This document shows positions 9,167 to 18,807 of a stretch of DNA of 32,000 bases, in pieces. Made by a program: the position numbers and the translations under genes. The notes below the pieces were generated by a model. That model made no database searches. It was not told the origin of the DNA and saw nothing but the letters and a program-made list of their open reading frames with translations. Each line of letters begins with the position of its first letter. Within the stretch, counting starts at the first letter, position 1. Source of the DNA: Mycobacterium leprae TN (lineage in GTDB: Bacteria > Actinomycetota > Actinomycetes > Mycobacteriales > Mycobacteriaceae); the NCBI RefSeq assembly GCF_000195855.1, contig NC_002677.1, positions 2,700,001 through 2,732,000 on the forward strand, written 5' to 3'.

Positions 9167-9374
9167 TGATCCGGATAACGCAGCCCCGTCGTGGAGTGGT
9201 GCTCCGCCGCGAAAAGAGATCAGCCCGTCGATCAGCTTCCGCAGCACTGAAGCTGACCGTTCCGAGGGAATCCTTACTCGCTATTGCCTAGCTGGGCGGT
9301 CTGGCTGGCTGCGTGCACCGCGATCACCGTCTCGTATGTGCGCAGGATCGGCTCGATACCGCCGCGACCTAATA

Positions 9375-9990
9375 TCACACCGTTACAATGACGTGGTCGA
9401 TCATGGTAGCCGCGATGAACCTATCGAAGGCGTGCCAATCGCTGGGCCGGGCGAGCAGCCCGCGCGCACTAAATCCAAGCGTGGTGAACCGTACGGTGCT
9501 GGCAGCTACCACGCCCACGCCGAATAGCTAGCAGTCACCACTACTGGTTGGCCAGCGTGCCGAGCAGCACCACGGTGTCTAGGGTAAACGTGGGGGTTGA
9601 GCCAGGTGAAGGCTAAAAGGTCAACACCACGCTGGCCAATCATGCCGGCGCGGAGTCAATGGGCTTCAGGACGCTGGGACGGCACACACTCCGGGCGGCT
9701 AGCAGGCCATAACAGATTAGAAACGCCGTGCCGCCTAACTTCGTCATTGCGACGACGTCGAGGTTGGCTGGTGACCAGCCGCTCCGAATCTGGACACGCC
9801 AGTTGCGATCAGTACGAGATCGGAAATCGCGCATACCGCCAGCACAGCCAATACATGCTGCCGTCGGGTATCTTGTGCGTAGCACGAAGGCGTTCTGAGC
9901 GCCACTCGCCACAATCAGTGCCATTCCAATCATAACGCCGAGCAGGAAAGGGGAAGTGACCGCATCGACGCTAAGGCTACCAGCGATTTC
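9375..9990 (-). pseudogene. LysE/ArgO-family basic amino-acid exporter pseudogene (Rv1986-like)
   Basis: Minus-strand fragments, with several stops and frameshifts:
- GMALIVASGAQNAFVLR
- LGGTAFLICYGLLAARS
- TLDTVVLLGTLANQ*
- VVAASTVRFTTLGFSARGLLARPSDWHAFDRFIAATMI. Confidence 0.7.
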
Positions 9991-10035
9991 AGTCGAGCTA
10001 AAAATAGTTTTAGCTATCAGTAGAATGTCTAATTG

Positions 10036-10950
10036 TTACACAGCTGTTGGATGACAACCAGCTGGCCGCCTTAATGCCCGTGATCGAACTGGGCAGTTTT
10101 GATGCGGAGGCCGAAGGTTACAAATTACCCGGTCGACGGTCAGCCAGCGCGTTAAGCTGCTTGAGCAGCGGATAGGGAGGGCGCTGGTGGTCAAGAAAAG
10201 CCTTGTGTGGCAACGACGGCCAGCATACCGCTGCTGCGACTTACAGCACATACCACGATTTGCTTGAGTTCTTAGGCTATCAGCCGGCTGCGGGACGACG
10301 TGACGTGCACTCGCGCCGCGCTGGCTGCGAACACTGCCTTGTTGGCGGGCCTGGTTGCTCCAGGTCTTAAGCCGGCTGGACGAGGTCCTGTTCGAATCCG
10401 CATTGAGGACCAGGACTATTCCGGCACAGTTGTTGCGTGAGGAGGACGTGGTGAGTACGATAGACCACAGAACGCGCACCGATGTCAGATCGTCGAGTGC
10501 GGCCCTCGGGAGTTATGCGCCGGTCGCCAGTGCGTCCTACATCAAACGCTAGCAACCTAATGACTTAACCAAACAGGGCGGACATCGGTGGCGCCATTAT
10601 TGTCCTGGAACTGCAATGATTTCCTGCAGGACAGACTGGTGCACAAGGCTTTTCGCCGAGTAAGCAGCAGCCTGATAAATTTTGCTTAGACCACAGAAGG
10701 ACCGCCCACGGCGGCGCGAGCAGAACTTGACTGGAGCATGTTTCCCGACAAATTTGCGGCACCTACACTGCTTGCCGGATCGCTCGCCCAGATCAGTGGC
10801 CTCCCATTTGAGCGTACCGCTGTTCTGGCAGCGCTGGAAGCCAGTATAAACTAACCATAACGATATAAACTAACCATAACGACCACTACCAAGACCAGGT
10901 GTCCCTGGCCCGTCGCTTCGCCACCGACTTACGCCGTCGATCAAAATAAG
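10036..10950 (+). pseudogene. LysG/ArgP-type LysR-family regulator pseudogene (Rv1985c-like), divergent from the lysE remnant
   Basis: Fragments, with stops and frameshifts throughout:
- LDDNQLAALMPVIELGSFDAEAE (LysR HTH)
- VAANTALLAGLVAP...VRIRIEDQDYSGTVVA*
- FPDKFAAPTLLAGSLAQI
- VPLFWQRWK. Confidence 0.7.
10845..10882. repeat. Perfect 19-bp tandem duplication (tataaactaaccataacga x2)
   Basis: Read directly: 10845-10863 equals 10864-10882. It lies inside the 3' part of the lysG pseudogene. Confidence 0.9.
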
Positions 10951-11013
10951 GATTATATAGAATGGCTTCTGTACGGAAAGTACATGCCGAATGAGTTAAA
11001 CGAGGATAACGGA

Positions 11014-12265
11014 TCATGGATACCACACCCGCTCAACGTAATCCACAATGCCCAGCGAAAAATACTGGATATCCTGGGCATTGCCGACAAAACCTCTGTT
11101 TCGGTTACAGGCAGCAATAACTAGATACCATACTCGGGGCAACGCAAAGTCGTCGCGCACGCTGCCGATGAACAAATAGGCCAACAGCCTGAAGCTCATT
11201 GTGCATAGTGTCGCGTTGCGGAACCATAGCCCGAGTCTAGTTCGGGTGGCGAAGAACGAGATAAATCTCATCGCTGCCTGCTTGCTTGACTTCGATAAAA
11301 GAGACGTAGGCATGTGAAAGTATGGCGGCAGTGGCCACCAACGTACCAGTTAGCCGGCCAGAACATACGATTGGGTCATCGTCCTCAAGGCCAGGCAGCC
11401 AAATGCAAGCCGCTGCATCGCCGATCGGTAGTACCCGGTGGCGCTACCAACCACCAATGTGGATCTGGCTGACCACGTCGAAGTACAGCTCGCCGATATC
11501 ATCAAGCACTGCGCGGATATACCGGAATTCCCAGCAGATGTCACCAAAATGGTTGCACAACTGTTCTTTTAGTGCCAAGCTACCGCTGTCGTACTCGGCA
11601 CGTAAGTTGAACAGGAACATTGTGTGGTCATAACGCAGCGAGAATCGCCTCACTGTTTGGTGGGTGTGTTGTTAAGTGACGTACATCAATGCATCACACA
11701 GCTGGTAACCATCGACCACGCAGGCCGCGACCTTGCAACCAAGGTAATGCTTCAAGGTCTTTTCGTATCCGAAGCTGAGATATCGCACATTCGAGTGCTG
11801 GCCATCGACGCCCATAATCAGGTCGAATCACGTAGCTTACCCTTATCGAAAGTCAGGACGACATCATAAGCCTGTTCGTCAAGGGTGGTAATGCTATGTC
11901 GCCTAAGACTGTTTTGACTTGGTATTTGATGATAGCGTAGATCGCGGCGGCCAGGTCGCTGCGAAGCAAGCTGATAAAGTTGTCGACGGTCATGCTGCGA
12001 AAGACATTAACGCTCAGTTACGTCTTTATCTCACCGCCCTGGCGTACGGAGCGCAAGCCTTAAGCCTGGTAGCCGACGTTGTGGATCGGGTCATCGATGT
12101 CCATGCGTTTAGCTACTTGGTAGCCGACTCCACAAAAGTGGATACATAGCCTCCAGTGCGGAATTTCGGTGCCTGCTCAATCACCGTCGGGGTGCGGCCG
12201 GTGCGAGGAAACCCGTGGGCGAACGCAGCGTCTGCCACACCGGCACCGCTTATAGTGATCCTCAA
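11014..12265 (-). pseudogene. Class-A FAD-dependent monooxygenase pseudogene (UbiH/PheA/TetX-like)
   Basis: Minus-strand fragments, with many stops:
- LRITISGAGVADAAFAHGFPRTGRTPTVIEQAPKFRTGG (GxGxxG)
- IDFWGVGYQVAKRMDIDDPI
- GELYFDVVSQIHIGGW
- a GDAA-type region, GSATGYYRSAM...SYVLAG
- a C-terminal SKQAAMRF...GLWFRN...LPRVWY. Confidence 0.7.
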
Positions 12266-13407
12266 TACTGCGATTCTGCCCGCCGACGCGGTTCAAACAT
12301 GCTCTGTTCGTCGTACCGACGGCCCACTCCGATAGATCATTTATCCTCATGTCGCGGCCGAGGTCGGCGGCCAAGGTATCGACAACACTATTGACCTTGT
12401 GCGCGAGCGCTCTATCGTTTCTGCTTTCCCGAGTATTAGGTATTGCCCATACATCGGGCATCGGGCTGTAAATTGCCGTCATAAATATAGAAAGCACAAA
12501 ACAGGCATACGAAGATCGCGGCTGGCGAAACCGTAGTGTTGCCAGAGAACAGCGTGGTCACCAGCACGCCGACGGTGTTAACGAGCAACTGCTGCCAGCC
12601 CCTGGTGAGGGTTTCACCCCAGGAGTTGGTGACGGCTAAGATCACAAAAGCTGCGACCATCAGCCCAGTACCAGCGAGCTGGCGACACCAACTCGCCGGT
12701 GACGATGGCTAAGGGCGCGGCGACGACAACTGAATGGCCTGCTGGGTCGTCGGCAACAAACCGCTGCGGTGTTGCTCGGTGACGCTGTCGGATGCAGCTG
12801 GCGAGGCATTTGCTGCGCTCTCCGAGGCACCGGTGGTGGACGCCCTAATAGCGACCACCGCTGCGGTAAGTATCACTGACTTCACCTACCGAAGCGGTTA
12901 CCTAATTCGTTGTTGCGCCCGGCTTCACCGCGCTTACGCTCATAACTACTGGGCGCACCCAAACAGCAAGCATGTAACGCACACGATAAGGCGACCGTTT
13001 GTAACTTCCACAGTATTGGGCTCTGCTGCGCTAAAGGTTTAATAGTACAGAGGAGCCATGGAAGCTTGGTGAGCCCTAGGTTTATCCAGAGAAGGTGTCG
13101 ATCTTCCGATCCGGCACCCTAGTACGGTTCTCGGCATCCAGGTGCAGTCATAGCCCCAATAATGGCAAAAGCTTTGTGGACTTACGTAATCCCGAAAACG
13201 GGATGGTCGCAACGGCCTTTAGTTAGGGCTGCAGCCGGAAACGTTGCAAATAGCCGAGGCCATCCCGTTAGCACAGAAATGCACGCGCGGCGCGCGAATT
13301 CCGTGTTAGCTAAGGGTGTACAGATGATTCAGAATATCATCCACTTTAACATTTCAACAACAAATATCCAGCGTCTTTTAACGCACATCGGCTACCGATA
13401 ACGGCGG

Positions 13408-14178
13408 CTATCGACTAGGCAACGACTCGGCAATCGACAAAGCCTCCTGCGCACCGGCGTGCAATGCCCTGCAGCACAACACCAGCCAGGCAGCAACACC
13501 TTTCGGTGTCCCACCGGCGAATCCACATGCCGCGTCCCGATAAACTGCGGCTCGACGCATCCAACTTACCTCGGGCACGCCTAGCCCGTGCGGATCCAGC
13601 CCGGTAGCGATAGTCACCAACCGCGACACAGCCCGAGCCACCACACCATCGGCACTGCCAAACGGCTGCAGCGTCAGCAGCTCTCCGTGTACGACTGCAG
13701 CGACCACCGGTGCCGCCGCAAAAGTGCGACCACTGACCACATCCACGAGCAACCCGAGCCGCAGACCCACCTCAGCATCCATTCGTGGGCGGCCCAGCCA
13801 CTCGTCACCAACTTGATCAGCGGCCGCTAGCACATGTAGGCGGGCCAGTGCCTGTAGTGGCGCCCGCTGCCATACCCCGACCAACGGGCCCGCACCGCCT
13901 TCCAGCGCCTGGGCCACTCGCAACGCACCGCCGAACACCGGATCACTAACCCCACCGGCCTGCGGGGAGGCCCCCGGCAGGTGGTCTAGTCGCACCGGGC
14001 CACCGTCAAGCACTGATGAAGCCCGCGCCGCCCGCAGCGCCGCTTCAGCCGCAGTCACCGGCCAGCCTCGCAGGTTTGCCCGGTGTCGGTGAGCCCGACC
14101 CAGCGCGTCGCGAGCTCGGTCACTAGCCGTGGCGACGCCGGGAAGCTCCATCAGTGGAGCTAGCAGATCAGCTGTCAC
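13408..14178 (-). CDS. Conserved actinobacterial hypothetical protein, Rv3662c-like by sequence style and position; carries a degenerate Fic/Fido-like motif
   Basis: Intact 256-aa ORF with high-GC codon usage, immediately upstream of the dpp remnants as Rv3662c is in M. tuberculosis. It contains VVHGELLTLQPFGSADGVVARAVSRLV, which resembles the Fic core (HPFxDGNGRxxR) but has Q in place of the catalytic His. Confidence 0.8.
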   Translation of the reverse strand: MTADLLAPLMELPGVATASDRARDALGRAHRHRANLRGWPVTAAEAALRAARASSVLDGGPVRLDHLPGASPQAGGVSDPVFGGALRVAQALEGGAGPLVGVWQRAPLQALARLHVLAAADQVGDEWLGRPRMDAEVGLRLGLLVDVVSGRTFAAAPVVAAVVHGELLTLQPFGSADGVVARAVSRLVTIATGLDPHGLGVPEVSWMRRAAVYRDAACGFAGGTPKGVAAWLVLCCRALHAGAQEALSIAESLPSR

Positions 14179-14189
14179 AGCTTGTCAAG

Positions 14190-15839
14190 TTATCGCCCTA
14201 TCTCCTTGTAGGTATTAGCGTACCGGAGAATGGCCTCCAAAAACTGACGAATTTACTTGTCAACAGGCTGAATGAACACACCGTCGGTGAGGACCCGCTC
14301 TATCACCCGGCCGGCGGGCATCACCAGAACATCGTCGGCAATCTACCGTACCACCGCAAAATCATAGCTGATAAACAGGTACGTAAATGCTAATTGAGTC
14401 TACATATCGACTAACAGATCGAATATCTTCTCCTGAACCAACGCATCTAGTCGATACCGCTTCATCGCTACCAACACTTCGGGCCGCAGCGCCGACGACC
14501 GAGCGATCGCAACCCGTTGCCGCTGAACATCAGAAAGTTGCACAAAGCAGCCGGCCCAACACCGACGACAGCGGCGCCAACTGTCCGACCAGCTCGCACA
14601 CCGCTCGTTCACGTTGCTTGCGGTCATCGCGACCCGGTGTATCCGCAAAAATTGCCCGATAACACGAAACACCGAATACATGGTACTCAAACTGTTGCAA
14701 GGATTCTGGAACAGAGATTGCACTTGCCGGCGAAACACTAACGCCTCGTCCCAGTTGAGTGGGCCGACGACCTTGGCACCCTGTTACACTACTGTGCCCG
14801 AAGTAGTTTGCAGCAAACCCAGCATCGCTCTCGCCGCCGTCGACTTCCCCTAGCAGGCCTCTCCAACGATTGCTACAGTTCTAGCCCGTCGTAGCAGAAA
14901 TGACACCGCGTCGACGGCACAAAACGCCACCCGGCACCACGGTGCACCACGAGACTTCCGGAAGATCTTGGCCAGGACAGAGGAGACGAAACAACACCGC
15001 GCACAGCGGCTTTTGTGAACTCCTGCGATTGGAGATGTGCATAACCTCTGTTACGCGCCGCCAGCGATGGAGCCGCGGCGATTATCTACGAGTGTAGTCG
15101 TGTTGTGGATTTTTCAGGATTGATTGCACTGCAACTGATTCCACTACTACCCCACGACGGACGACTACCTCTGATTCAATTCTTTTGGAGATCACGCCAG
15201 ATCCTGAGTGATCGAAAGCAACGCGATACCACGTTCGTCGATGAGCCGCCGCAAATGATCAAGCATCTGCCGTTGCACGGTGCAAGTCCAACACGGAAGT
15301 CGGTTCTTCGACGATAATTAATCGCGGCCAATAGGCCAACCCGATGGCAATCAACGCACACTGACCCATGCCGCCCAAAAGCTTATGCAGGTACCGGCCC
15401 GGCTAGCTTTGCCGGGTCTTGCATGCCAATCTTCTTCGAGCAATTCCAACGCCTTTCTTCATACACTACGGCTTTCAGTATTGGGCCGCAACGCTTCTGA
15501 TATTTGACAACCGACCTTCCATACTGGGTTGAGGTTGGTCATCGGGTCCTGCAGTACGTATACGATGCAACGACAGCGGATCGACCGGAGTATTCAGCGA
15601 TCAGCAGCAGTGATGTCGGTACCATCGAAATCGATACTTACCAGGGTAATTCGTCGAACGTGCGGCAGAAAGCCAAGAATCGTAGCGGGAGCGGCGGCTT
15701 TTCCCGATCCCGATTCGCCGACGACCTCCAAAATCTGACCGAACAGCACCCTCAGATTCATTCCGTGAACCGACGGAGCGTTCGTGCCGAACCCGACTTC
15801 CAGACCCTTTAGAGTAGAGTAGCGGCGATGCTTAGTCAC
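14190..15839 (-). pseudogene. dppD: Dipeptide ABC transporter ATPase pseudogene (DppD, Rv3663c-like; two ABC domains)
   Basis: Minus-strand fragments, in several frames with stops:
- LEVVGESGSGKAA (Walker A)
- LSDVQRQRVAIARSSALRPEVLVA (degenerate LSGGQ signature plus Walker B region)
- FTYLFISYDFAVVR*IADDVLVMPAGRVIE. Confidence 0.8.
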
Positions 15840-15849
15840 CGGCGCAGTG

Positions 15850-16719
15850 GCTCATGTTCGCCACGCTCATGATACCGGTACCAAAGGGTCACCCATCATC
15901 GTTAAAAACGAGCACCGTAACTGCCAGTGCGCCGGCGGGCTAAATCTAGATGATCTAATGTGGGTGGGTACGACCACAACGGGTCTGGTCGACGGTGATA
16001 TGGCCGCACCAAGACACCACCGATATCGGCCAGACCCACCCCGAGGTAGGACAGCGGTGGCCGCGGTAAATATACCGAAGGTTATAGTGTACACCTGCAA
16101 TTACCGGACCTAAAACAAACGTTGGCCGGGACACCCCGCAGCAGGATTCGACATCGACTTATCCCCAATGCTTGAGCTGCAAGAACACAGTCCACTAGCC
16201 CGCATTTCGAATACCACGCCACGGGCGATCCTGGCTACTTGAGGCAAGCCGAGTAGCGCCAAGATGGCAATCACTGTCCATATCGTGCGGTGATGGATAA
16301 CCTGGATCAGTACAGTAGCAACCAGCAACAACAGCGATCCGCAGAATACGTCGGTTATATGCGAGATCACTATATCGACCCAGCCTCCGTAGCACCCAGC
16401 CAACGTATCCGGCACCCTACCAACGAAGAAGACGGCCAAAGTAGCCCCCAACCAAACGGTGACCTATGCTCGCGCACCGTAAATGATGTGCACGTAGATG
16501 TCGTGGCCTTGCAAATCGGCACCGAACCAGTGCACTGTCGACGAATCCAGTAGACCCGGGGTAGAGTCGACATACATAGGTTGGATCGTCCCTGGTGAAC
16601 AACGCCAAAAAAGCCGCGACCGTCCCAATGAACAGAATCAACATGCCGGCTATTACGAACACCAAACGGCAGCGAAGTGCACGCCAAAAGCCACGCCGGT
16701 GCGGGATCTGCTCAGCCAT
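15850..16719 (-). pseudogene. dppC: Dipeptide ABC transporter permease pseudogene (DppC, Rv3664c-like)
   Basis: GGWVDIVISHITDVFCGSLLLLVATVLIQ and a C-terminal ...FLTMMGDPLVP match the BPD-transporter permease core, but the sequence is split over at least 3 frames. Confidence 0.75.
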
Positions 16720-16739
16720 AACAGATCCACGGACCGTAT

Positions 16740-17624
16740 ATAACAGGTCCATTATCAAATTTGGTGACCAGATAGATCAGCAAGAGCTACAGTCACTTCG
16801 AGACCACCGTGCACTCCTATTGCCGGGTGACGTCCTCATACAGGACGCCATCGACACATGGATATTGAAGATGCCTTCGGCCACCATGGCTCCACCCATC
16901 AGAGCCCCCAGATCAACATCGAGGATGGTCACTACCCGGGATAAGCGAATTGCGCACAATGCACACCATCACCACCCCGCGCCAGAACAGCCTTTTCGCG
17001 GTGGCAGTGCGAACATAGTATAGGCGTACGCATTGGCAACCACCGCCGAGCCGGTCAACCGTACCACGTGGGCGGATAGCATCGAAATTAATACGCTCCT
17101 GGGGAGCAGCAGAAGTGCTACCATCGCCCGTTCGCCGACGGTGATCGGCGCGATTAACAGCCGGATCTCGAATACGAATTGCGCCAGAGAACCCAGCACG
17201 AAAATGGGGATCGCGATGATGATAATCAGTCCGGTGAGCAGGACCGAGAATCGAAAATTCCATACGAGCGCATGCCGGCGATCACGCCGAATCCAATAAC
17301 TCAGCGCGGACTCTACCGTCAGCACAATCAGCGCCAGCCTAAAGGTCACCGGAAATGCATGTGCCAGAACAGCACTGACCGAGAGCCCGAAATAGTAACG
17401 ACCCGAGTCGCCATGAAGGATGCCTCCTAAATAACGCAGGTACTGCAGCAGGAAGGGATCATCGAGGTGGTAACGGGTCCGCAGCTGCACAAGTAAGTGC
17501 AGGTAAGCGGCCAGAGCGACCACCGGATCACCAAGCAGCATGAAGACCATGCCATAGATCGCCCTGGGGCGTCAAAAGGAACTAGCATACCAGGGCCGAC
17601 GCGCGATATACCAGCCCATCTCAA
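16740..17624 (-). pseudogene. dppB: Dipeptide ABC transporter permease pseudogene (DppB, Rv3665c-like)
   Basis: IYGMVFMLLGDPVVALA...YHLDDPFLLQYLRYLGGILHGDSG and later permease helices match DppB/OppB. The N-terminus (LGWYIARR) is in a different frame, and the C-terminal part is disrupted. Confidence 0.75.
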
Positions 17625-18780
17625 GCCTGGACGAGGTTCTCATAGTCGGGCAAACCGTTCACGGTGAAGGGCACGTTGCTTACCGCAGATGACCACCTGA
17701 CTACGCTGTTGTAGTCCCAAAGCGGCACAAAGGAGCGTGTCGCGCAACAGGATTTGATGTGCAGCTTGGTCAGCGCATAAGATTTCTGCATGCTGGGGGC
17801 AGCTTCGGCCGGCTCAAGCGCGTCGTCCAAGTCGCCGACGTCGTTAGATCCCGCTCCGGCGGCAGATAGTGAGGCAACGGACTCTATCATCGACCAATAG
17901 TCACTTTGCCACGCAGCTCGGAAAGCTGTTGTGATGGTTCTACTGATGATCGGAGTGCGGCATTCGGCGAAGGTGGGCCGGCGGCGTTATAGGAAATCAG
18001 ACCAGCGAAGAGCCGGATCTATGATCCGGGATCAGTGTGTTCGAGGATTCCCCGCCATTGACGATCACCACAACGGTGCTAAGCAACCCACCTCCACAGC
18101 CGACCAACCAGCAGTCCGGCCGGCAAGCCAGGCTCGCACAGCCAACGCAGCCCCCGAATCCGACGCAACATGACAGCGACCCTAGGACTTGCGGCGACGC
18201 TCAGCTGCCATGCCGCGCCGCGACCAACTCAAATAACACAACGCCGCCGCCAGACACCGCCTTTCATGAATCCGCGGTCAGCGGGTACACTTACAGCCAG
18301 CAGGTCCCGATGGTGACCGGCACCGCAAACACCCGGACGGCGTCGTAAGGGTTGACACACAGCTCAGTGTAGGCAAGGCACGGGTTGCCTCTGCCGTAGA
18401 TGGCCAAGCCCTCGACGAGAACTTACATTTGCTGGGATAACGATAGAATGACGGTGGGCAAGACATCCCCACTACAGTGACCGGCAAGCCACTCAATGTA
18501 GCCGCATAGCGCTGGTTCAGCATAACACTCTGCGACCCACCAGCTCCCACCTTGACCATGGGAGAAGCCGTTGAACTGGTATTCACCCGTGCCGCCGGCG
18601 CCTCGTTGCTGGCAAGTGTGGCCAATACGGGTAAAGCCCGCACGGCGGCGGCGTAACTCGTTGTGGCCACGTCAAAGCTAGCAACCACTCGACGCCACCA
18701 CCACGGGGCGCCTCACATAAGCTCCGGCCATAGCGGTGATTATCCACTATGCGGTCTTTAGGCTCACCGGAATCGATCAT
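17621..18780 (-). pseudogene. dppA: Dipeptide-binding lipoprotein pseudogene (DppA, Rv3666c-like), shortened and fragmented
   Basis: The assignment rests on position between dppB and the divergent acs. Only short family-5 SBP-like fragments remain (e.g. ...IPLWDYNSVV..VSNVPFTVNGLPDYENL at the C-terminus). About 1.15 kb is left of the expected ~1.6 kb. Confidence 0.55.
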
Positions 18781-18807
18781 GTCATTTAGCCGCGCACTTG
18801 AGAACCA

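Noticed and set aside
9093-9527. 144-aa plus-strand ORF
   Set aside because: It spans the junction of the Mrr fragment and the antisense of the lysE remnant. It has no motif and is explained by the flanking pseudogenes.
10390-10399. 10-nt identity (gttcgaatcc) to the T-arm of tRNA-Tyr (7445-7454), considered as a possible att direct repeat marking the far end of an island
   Set aside because: Only 10 nt match, and the match does not extend to the tRNA 3' end. It lies inside recognisable lysG coding sequence. About two such chance 10-mer matches to some part of the tRNA 3' half are expected in 64 kb of two-strand sequence.
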